This document shows, one piece after another, positions 53,801 through 64,000 of a DNA stretch of 64,000 nt. The stretch's first letter is position 1; each line of letters begins with the position of its first letter. The stretch is taken from the NCBI GenBank assembly GCA_012295275.1, contig CM022669.1, positions 12,214,001-12,278,000 of the forward strand. The letters are read 5' to 3'. This stretch comes from Chrysomallon squamiferum (taxonomy: Eukaryota; Animalia; Mollusca). The notes beneath the pieces were generated by a model. The model was not told where the DNA came from, did not search any database, and saw only the letters and a program-made list of their open reading frames with translations. The position numbers and the translations under genes are program-made.

Positions 53801-54121
53801 AAAACCCACTCGGTACAGGGTTATGATATTTATATTAAATAAATTTGGGTATGTTTGTTTCTAGTTAGCGAAATAAAGAATTACTATTATATGAATAAAT
53901 ATATATCCAAGAAACCAAATTAACAGATGAGTCAATAAAAATAAATAATAAAATCGATGCTGTTATGTTCTAGAATCACGATGTAAAGTCTTCACAATCA
54001 AATAACTCAGCACACAACAGTTATAGGGAACAAAAAATGTATTTGTCTTAACGTTCCCAAAATTATTTTCTAATCTTTTTTCGCATTAGTTTATTTTGTC
54101 CAGTTGTGCAAGTGATGCATG

Positions 54122-54160
<39 letters not shown>

Positions 54161-54683
54161 ACCAATGTCATAATAATTACAAACATTCTCTACAACATAA
54201 TAAGACTAAAAAAAAAAATCCTTTTATTCGACTTTAATGTAATGAACATTATGGATTTTTCTTGAACAAATCAAACACTACTATAAATTAGACTAATGAA
54301 TCAAAACTCTTATGACTTGAAGTGCTTGTTATTTCTTTATGAGTATTTGTAAAAAGTTGATTATTTAAAAAGCCTAATACCGCATTTATCCAGATTTTCT
54401 CCTCAAAGGCATAGTGCTCTTCTAGGTTAAAACAATTTTCTTAATATAATAATGAAATAATAATACCCATATTAATAGTGTAAACAGTAAAAGAACGAAG
54501 TGACGCGGGCTTAGATTCTATCTCTAAGATATAAAATAAATAATAACAGTGTTTTTATCAACCACAAGTAACTACTGCAGATTACTATATACTTATGTTA
54601 ATATCGCATCAGAAGCAAATATACGAATTATGCTTTTAAAATTCCTGATACCACACAACTATCGAGAACTTCTAGCATTTGAA

Positions 54684-54760
54684 ATTTACCGCCAAAGTTG
54701 AGTCCAGAGGATGCTATCTTGAAACGGAAGTAACCACAACAATCACGTGATTAAGATGGC
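54684..54760 (+). promoter_or_regulatory. SNX27 proximal promoter/5'UTR motif cluster
   Basis: E2F-like TTTACCGCCAAA (~54684), ETS CGGAAGT (54725), E-box TCACGTGA (54743) and YY1-like AAGATGGC overlapping the ATG. Confidence 0.5.
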
Positions 54761-57700
54761 TGATAGTGACGATGAGGGAAGTCTCCCCTCCCCTTCAAAT
54801 TCCCAAGAAGACTTGGCCAAGGTTGGGCCACGGATTGTGACTATTACAAAGACAGAGACAGGTTTTGGTTTTAATGTTAGAGGACAAATTAGTGAGGGTG
54901 GACAGCTCAAGTCAATAGCAGGCGTTCTGTACGCTCCCTTACAACATGTCAGTGCTGTTTTGGAAGGTGGGGCAGCCGAAAAAGCAGGAATACGAAAGGG
55001 TGACAGGATCCTGGAGGTGTAAGTAAACAAATGCCAAATGATCACTGTTTGTTTTTGTTACATAACTTAAACAGTAGGATTCATGTAGTATCCCTTCGTG
55101 ATGCACTAGTCGGTAAACGAAACAAATATCGTACAGTTACACAATTTAAATACATGCATGTGTAATATTCACATTGCTCAAGGCACATTGCTTCCCGCAA
55201 AGTTTCCCGTGTTTTAACTGATACAAATTAACAGTTTTTATGAAATTATTAAAATCATCTTTCAGTTTTTACAGTTTTTATTTTACTTGTTACAAATATA
55301 TTTTTTAAAAAAAAAAAAAAGAGGTTATATCAGTAAATCCGGTTTTTGGAGAAATATACATTTTTTCAATCATTTGATTCTAACACTGTAACAGTAACAA
55401 ACAAACTCGTTACAAATCATTGTAGAGATTTTAAATAATAGTAATAAAAAAAGAAATCATGTCTTAATATATATATAATCAACTGATGAAAATGTTAATC
55501 ATCACAGTTCTTTAAAAAATATTTTCTGAGTTTGTTTACTAAAACTCTTAAAAATTACTTATTTACATTGCCATAAATTGTAATAACTATATAAACACTA
55601 ATGTGGTGAACCTGTATAGCCAGATAGGTTATTAGCAACAGTGGTCTTGAAAATGTTTGTTTGCAAGCTTACCTAAGTTTTTATATTGAAGTGATTTAAA
55701 TAAAAAGAAAATTCATGAGTATGCTTGTATTTAAATAATAAATAATGCTATAAAACAAACAAAGATTTGAAAGTTTGAAAATCATTTGCTGTTTAAATGT
55801 TTGTTTTCATCTTGCAGTTGATATAAACATTCTATTTTGGAAAAGTAAGAATATTACAAATTCATAAATGTAATCTAATTTAATTGTACAAACAATCAAT
55901 ATTTTTTCATAGATGCATTATAATAAAACTACATGTACTTAACAATAAATTCATTTCTAATTCTAAATACTCTTATCTGTATTTGTTGGTTATAATATAG
56001 TTGGATAAATTTGGGGTTTGTAGACATAAAATAATATGTTTATAATTAAATACATGTTAAACTTATTATTAATCTAAAATTCTTAAACTTTAAATTGAAT
56101 TAAACATGCATGCATATGCACATCTATGTACAAAATTATTATACAACATATCATTTTACAGTTTATCATCACAGCCCATTATTTTATCATTATATTTAAG
56201 CAGTTCCTGAAGTCTAATTTTGTTTTGTTAATCACAACTTTTATTATATCATTAATATATTTGTAAATAAAGTTATATTTATAAATAAAATGTTAATTAT
56301 TTAGTGTAAATAGTAATTTCTTAGAGATGTTACACAGTTTAAAATTTTTATTATATTTTTATCCTTGTTGAATAACAAAGTTATCTGATGCAAATGATGG
56401 TACCACGTGTTTCCTTTGAAATTGTAGTGTTAAAATGATAACTGTAGTATTTGCAAATTTATACTGTTTCCTGTAACATTCCATGTATCATGTTTTCTTT
56501 TTGCATAAAAAATACATTGGTTTATTTTTAAAAAGAAATTATGTTGGTAGGATAATGTTAGGTCATTTGATATTATAATAATTATTATTGTTTTAATGAT
56601 TCAGTATTATATTTTTATTATTTATTTTACTTCTTTTTTTCAGTAACAGCATCAATGTCGAAGGTGCAACACATAAACAGGTTGTGGACTGCATTCGATC
56701 TGGTGGTGATACCCTCACATTAACTGGTATGTTACATATCTGTTTTGTCAGTGTGTCTGTAGATGTAATAGTTATTATTTGTGTGTCAGATTATAAATCT
56801 GCATGTTTTATTGTTCTAAGAGGGGTAGACCACAGATCAGTGATAGAGAGTGCTGACTTGAGGTCTTCCTTTTTACTCCTATCTTTAGAACTATATCCCG
56901 TTCTTGCCAATACTTCATATCAGTTACAACAGATTTTCTTTACTCTTTTTATTTAGAGAAAATCCCTCAATTAAAAACTAATCTGAGTAGCCATTTTTCC
57001 ATTCTTTATATCTGCAAGTTCCTAAATAGTAACTTAGTAAGCATGGTATTATAGGATAATAATTAAAAGTGGTTGAATGTGTGCTATTAAGCAAATGAAG
57101 CTTTTTGTATTTCATTTATTGTTCAATAAATGTGAATTCATATTAATCTTATTATTGACATTTTTGAGATCACACATGTTTATTTGTAGTTATTTTGTTT
57201 ATGTCATTTACATCACGTAATTATGAATCATCCAGTATCTGAGTATGTGTCATTATTATTTATATTGCAAAAACATTGTTATCATTATGAAACTATCAGT
57301 CCTTAGTGTTATTTGTATTCTGATATCACTTATCTTTATAATATATTTATTTATTTATTTATTTATTTATATCATGAAACTGGAGACAAGAAGGCAGCAG
57401 AGAAGGATTGTAATGTGTGTTTGTAACAAGTGCTTTTATTGCAGAATAAGTAAATCAACCCAATTTCCTGTCCAAGTTTACATGTAAACTAATATACAGT
57501 AAAATACAACTGTTTATTCATCATCTTTTGACAATTCAATTTTATATATTTGTTTGACCAAAAACATACTTTGAAAATTTCTTAAAAACTTAATTAGTTG
57601 CCTAACACAACACACTATGAAGATCTTTGATTGTTTGTTACTGAAGACTTTGTGATTGGTTATTTGACTTTATGAAAAAGTTTCTATATATATTTTGTTT

Positions 57701-60700
57701 TCTGTGTGACAGAATAATTTTTCATGTGGCAATGAAGTTTTTTTTTTAATCAATTTGGTGGTCTTCTGCAGCAGGTGTAATTAGAACCTTCTGGCCATTT
57801 GAATTTACAAGTCATTTATTATTCTGACAGATTTTATGTAAATCTATTATCAGAAACCATTTGTTTTTTTTAAATTGTCTGTTAAGTAGTTACAAGAAAA
57901 CTTTACTAAAAGCTTCTTTTATTTTTTTTATTCTCATGAAGACTGAAATCCATTTTTGCAAATGTACAACAAAGCTTTCTGGAGCTCTGTCATTTACTGT
58001 TATATATTATATACATACCACACACACACACACACACATCTTGTAATAAGAGATAAACCAATTTTCTTAGATTTATAAACTGTTTTTATTAGATATTGAA
58101 CTTTATTTACATATAAAATATGAATTATTGTCAGGAAGAAACTGAATGTTTTTTGATGAAATGTATTACATATATATATATATATTAAATTTAAAATGTA
58201 AAATGTCTGTTTGAAACATAACTTGAGCCTTTAAATTGTCAGTAAAAAGGGCCAGTTGAATTCATTGAAAATTTTAATTATTTAGTCTACACCACAACAC
58301 AGAGAAATTATACAATAAATATACTCAAAATTGTGAAAAAGCTCTAATTAACAATTACAAAATGTAACATACGTTTCGGACAAGCAGAGATAATAAATAA
58401 TTCAGTAAATTTATTTATCAAATAAAACTGATTCTGGGCAGTGTTATTTCACTTCATTAATATTCATGAATCATTTTCTTCCAGTGCACTTCTTGCAAGA
58501 ATTAAATGATCGGAACTTGGTTCTTTCAGTAAATTAATAACAGTACTGCACATCCCAGTTGTGATCTGTTCTTGGGAACATAATTTAATTGTAAACAAAT
58601 ACTGTCTTCCTATCACAGCTTACAATCACTGATAGTTTCTTTATCTTTGGTACTGAGTGGCAAGCATTACAGAGGACCCCTTAGCATTAAATATCAAGCA
58701 TCACAAAACACCACTCTTTATTTTAATTATTATTTTTTTGAGGGGGGCAAGGTTCATTTGCTATTTTTTTATTGGTCATTCTAAGTCAGGTAAAGAAATT
58801 CACATTATTATTATTAGTGCCTTTTCTCATTGGTTTTACCTCATTGGTTTTACCTCATTGGTTTTACCTCATTTTTTGGAAGTATTTGGAATTTTATTTT
58901 GCATCAGGGGAAAAGAAGACTAATATTAATTTTTTAAAGATTACCCTCAAATAAATGCCAGTTTTTATACATGCTCACATCTAAATGAGAGATTTTCTTC
59001 TAAAGGGGTTAACTCTATTAAAAATTATTTGTTTTGTTTTTGTTTTTTTTATTGTTGTTTCTACACTTTTTCTTCAGAGGTAACAGGTGTGAATGAAAAG
59101 TTGTGCATGACTGCAACACCAAGTGCGAAAATCTGTGCATTATTATATGTATTTTCTGCAATGATTATCACACAAGTGCATATAATGGGGAACACTGAAA
59201 TAGCCTTTACAATTATAAAACACTACAGGTAAACTCACATGAAAACTTTTGAAGTCATCACAACTAATCTGTCTGTTTAAAATTTTTGAAATTTCTCATG
59301 TCAACAACAATGGTAAGAAATGTAATCTCACATTTTCATCATGACAAGGCACAATCTATTTCTGGAATAATCTAACATGCTGGAAACACATTTATATCAA
59401 GTACAACAATAGAAGCATGATCAGGGGATAAGCTACCAAAAATTGATTTAAGCACATTCAATTGTGGACATCATTACAGATTCTGAGGGAAATAAAAGTA
59501 TGAAGGATTTTTTAAGTTACTCTGATAAGTAGTCATAGGATAATGAAATTACTCTTTGAGATAATAAAAATAAAGAAAAGTCTAGCAGCTTTTTTTTTCT
59601 TTTCTGTTTTTGAAATTTGTGGAACAGGATTTATTCTAATTTTGAAGATAAGCTTTTTTAAAAAACTACTGTATAATGTGTTTATCATTATATCACTAAA
59701 GTTGTTAATAAAATATCTTTTTATTTATTAATTTTAGAATTTAACATTTACATATCTCATTCTTTTGTGATTTCTTTTGAGACAGAAGAATTTACTTCTG
59801 CATTTCACTCCTTGTTTAGATCCTGAAATTATCAAGAACATAAGAAAGATAGTATTCTGTATTTTAAATGAAGACATATGCATATTAATGGGTCAGACCT
59901 TTATTATGAAAATAAATCTTATTTATTTTTAAATTTTTAAATTTTTTAAACATATCTTTTGTGCATTGGTCTTTAGTGATCATTTCTTTATTTTTTTATT
60001 ATTACTACTACTACTACTACTATTATTATTATTATTATTATTATTTTTTTTTTTTTTTTATTTTTTTTTTATTTTTTTTTTAACAAAGCAAAATATCAAA
60101 ATTTAATTATTCTGGCCTTGTGACTGTCTATTTATATTAATATTTCATAACCTGTACTGGCATGCTGCATTTTGTAATTGAGATTCTGTTGTTAGTTTAG
60201 TTTTAAGATTTGTAATAAAATATTTATTTAATCATAAAGATGGAATACTGTTTCAGCTTTGTTAGAAAGATAATAAAAGTTGGTTATTTTATGACATTAA
60301 TTAATAATGTAATAGAAACAATTTTTTCCTTTACCTTCCATAATGGAAACTGTACATCATTTTAATAGACTTTGTACCCATATCTGTCACTTGACATGAT
60401 AACGTTTATGTAGTTTATTTAAATTATACAGACATTTCCTAATTAAAACCTCATGTAGCTTCTTTATAATGGCTTCATATTAAAATATGAATTCACATAA
60501 TTTATGATTCTTTAGTCTTTATCTTATTATTTTTGTTATCTTTGACTATTTAAAAGTATTTTTATCATTACATCTTTAATAATTTGTTTTACATACAATT
60601 TCATTTACTTACTTTGATCAATATTTCATCAGCAATAATAAATTAAAAGAACCTAAAGGACATAGATCACAAACTGAAAATAATAACACACACACATACA

Positions 60701-61249
60701 TACATACACAAAACACAACAGAGAAAATATTTCTTTGATGACACAGGATTCACATTGCCATCATACTTCCATTAATATGTGTTGAAGAAATATTTTAAAT
60801 AATCACAGTGGCAACACCAACAACAACAAATGTGTGTTTATTAAAACAATAAATGCTGTTATATTGTTTTATTTCCAGGGTCAAAAATGTATTGAGTCTA
60901 TTTTTAATTTAGAAATTATTAAAAAAAAAAATCTATAAAACACATAAAATTCAGACATAATTTATCTTTTATTCCTAAAATGAAATAATATAAAATAATA
61001 ATGTAACAAATATTCTAGTTAAATAGCTACCTTGTATTAGTGTTTATACATGACATGTTGTTTTTCTTCTTCTCTTTTTTCAGTTATTTATACATTTTGT
61101 ACATTGCTGGAGCAATATCTATGTTATCTAATATGATTATACTTAATTTAATATACAGCCTACTGATATGTGTTATATTCTGCATAGAGGCAATATGTGA
61201 TGATTAGATATATTTTTGGGATAGAATAGTATTTACTTCAATAAATAAC

Positions 61250-61302
<53 letters not shown>

Positions 61303-62180
61303 TTAATGTTTAATTGCTTAACAGATTGTAGAAGAGCAATTTTTGTTAAAAAATTACGAATTGTTATTTAAGTACTATTTTGTTTTAATGTATAGTGACA
61401 ACAAAATCAATACAAATGCATCAAGTATGGTGAGTTGAGAAATAAAACTGTTAATTTCATTTAGTTTTTGTATTACTTAGGATTGTAGGATAAAAGAAAT
61501 AACTGGTTACTGTCTTAAGATATCAGTTTTTATCCTGCTCAACTCTGTCTCACTGAATCGGGTCATTCTTACCTCAGCAGGATAAACTGATATCTTAAGA
61601 TATATATGTGTGTATGTGTGTATATATATATATGTATATATGTATATATAAATTGTACTAGCTTACTAAAGTTTTTAATATGTCCGTTCATACCTTTTAT
61701 GTATACCTGTGTGGTAAAAAGTATTTTTGTTCTTAATATTTAATATTATATCCTTATGACAGCAAATGTTATAAACATAATTTTTGCTCTTTATTTATTT
61801 ATTTTTTTTAAATATATCCATATGTAAATAGCTTCATTTTACATTATTATTTTTTTTTAATGTACCCCCTATGCCAGCAGCTGTAATTGACATTTTTTGT
61901 TTGTTTTTATTTTGTGTTGGCAGATGTGTTATTTGATCTAAGTTTTTTTTTGTATTTAAATTTTTCATACTTTTATTATTATGTCATCATAATTACCATT
62001 TAAATGTTGTTTTTTTTTCTTTTTCTTTAAGTGATATCAGTGAGAGAGAAAGAAGCTGTTAAACTTGACCCCAGTGATGGAGAATCTTCAGGACTATCTA
62101 TTCCAGACTACTCTGAGAGACGATCTCTGCCCATCTCCATACCGGACTATCAGACAGTTGGACAGGGAGAGAAATTTGTG
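54756..62180 (+). CDS. SNX27: Sorting nexin-27 (PDZ domain and start of PX domain), 3'-partial
   Basis: Exons 54756-55018, 56644-56726 and 62032-62180 join in phase. The protein reads [100 protein letters not shown]. This is the SNX27 PDZ, including its VPS26-binding beta-hairpin insert. Confidence 0.96.
58826..58873. repeat. 14-bp minisatellite (CTCATTGGTTTTAC) x3.4
   Basis: Three perfect units plus a partial unit. Confidence 0.9.
61513..61600. repeat. 88-bp hairpin (inverted repeat) in SNX27 intron 2
   Basis: TCTTAAGATATCAGTTT(TT)ATCCTGCT ... AGCAGGATAAACTGATATCTTAAGA forms a 25-bp stem with one 2-nt bulge. Confidence 0.85.
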
Positions 62181-64000
62181 GTAAGATTAATTAATGATAC
62201 ATGTACTGACTCAGCAGTTAATGTGATGTACAGCATATTGTATTAAAATGGGATCTAGAAGTTGATATATTTAGTATGTATGAAATTGCATTTTATAATG
62301 TAAAAGTATTGTGTAATAAAAGAATTCTTGAAAACGGATAATATTGAAAACTATCTTTATTAATATATTTCTCTTATTTCTGCTCAGCTAATTTAAGTGT
62401 GTTTGTGTGTGTGTGTGTGTGTGTTTGTGTGTGCATATGTTTTACTTCATATTTTATAAGCTAGAAATTTTAAGATTACATTTTAATAATTATTATTATT
62501 ATTAAAATCAGTTAAATAGTAATATTGAAATAGATATAAAAAAAAAATTAACAGAAAAAGATAAGAATTTGCAGTTAATAACTATCAAAAGAAACAGATT
62601 TGTTTTCTTTACTTTTTTATTTTAAACATCATTGTCTAATGATTAAAAGAAGCAAAACACATTTCATTTATTTGTTTTAAAAATTAAAACTTTCATATTT
62701 TATTTTTTTGAAATGTTATTTATTATTATTTATTTTTTTTGCCTGTGTTTCATTTTGGAATTTAAATTAAAATCATGTATTTCTTTAAGCCACATTTATA
62801 GTTTCAGTTGTTTGTAATATTTATGAAAGAAGTAAATAGGAAATGATAATAATGTTTTTGGGACAGTTATAAAATGTAAATATTTTATTAGACAATAATT
62901 TAAGCTGTGTTTAGTGTTACTTTACTACCAATTTGTGCAAAATTGGGTAATTAATTTTGTTCTGATAAGTCACATTTTTTATATATTTTTTTATATATTT
63001 TTTTAATTATTATAAATAGAGGTCTACATGTGTCAGTATGTCAGTTAATATATTAATGATTTCCAGGAACATATCTTTGTTTTTCTAACCATTAATTTTA
63101 AATATAAAATTTGTTTCTTTAAACTTGGGAGGACAAAATATACTGTTAATTTCTTGAAATTGTACAGCATTTAAAATAAAACAGCAGTTCAAAAGCAACA
63201 GCAACCCCCCCAAAAAATAACCCTCCTTCACCAACAACAACAAAAATAATATTAAAATAAATAAAACAAATAAAAAAGTGAACATATACAACATAACAAA
63301 TTTGATAAAACAGTTTATCATGAAATTTGGCTGAAATGTATCTAAATAAAGATTTATGACAAAATACTACAAATTAAATTTAATTTACAGCTCAAGAGAA
63401 ATAGTTACAAATGATATCTTTTCAAGAATTTTAGACTAAACTGTTTTGCATATGTGAAAGAAGAACATATTTTTCATCTTTTCAATCGATGAAGTTAGAC
63501 GTAGTACAAGCTATATTTTTTCTATGTTGAAAATTTCCACCAAAGAGAAGATCCAAATTCTGCGAAATAAAATCTTGCTTAATATCAGACTAAATTATTT
63601 TGTATTAGAAATTTCAGATTTTTTTTTTGTGTTCCATTGAATAAGAATTATTGATTATTTTTCAGCATTTATTGATGCAGAATAAATGTAAAAATGTTTC
63701 TTACTTGCATATGTAATGAGAGAGTATGTTTTGGAAAATGTTGTGCCCATTTCTGATGAGTAAGAATGTTTTGGAAATTCTGGCAGGAGCTGTCATTTGA
63801 TATTAGATATACTAGCAAATGTCCCGGTTATTTAATAATTTATCTCTATTTCAAAATGAAGAAAGCATAATATCAATATCTGTATTCAGACATAATGTTG
63901 AACAACAAAAAAGAACCCCAAAACAAAAACATTTTAACAAAAAAAATTGTGTCAGTTCGTGTTGGTAATGTTGATGTTGTTATTCCCTCACCAGTTAGAA

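Noticed and set aside
58826-58873. Regular short repeats resembling a CRISPR array or CCAAT-box cluster
   Set aside because: There are no spacers and the context is a eukaryotic intron. It is a simple minisatellite.

Overview
AT-rich, intron-rich animal genomic DNA. It is probably invertebrate or lophotrochozoan-like, but the species cannot be determined from the sequence. Four protein-coding genes were reconstructed by hand from GT-AG splice sites with continuous reading phase. (1) A YTHDC2-type DExH RNA helicase on the minus strand, with 25 coding exons from 12972 to 71; it runs off the left edge before the YTH domain. (2) A very compact Pygopus gene on the plus strand (15346-16034), head-to-head with YTHDC2, whose NPF motif and PHD finger lie in different reading frames because of one extra A at 15694/15695. 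(3) A TTLL6/TTLL13-type tubulin polyglutamylase on the minus strand (45038-20871, up to 17 coding exons). (4) The first three exons of SNX27 on the plus strand (54756-62180, continuing beyond the window). Non-coding features include a hAT-type MITE with an 8-bp TSD, a ~440-bp foldback, an 88-bp hairpin, decayed tandem copies of exon/donor junctions, RFX X-box-like motifs upstream of TTLL6, and many microsatellites. No tRNA, rRNA, CRISPR array or autonomous transposon was recognised.
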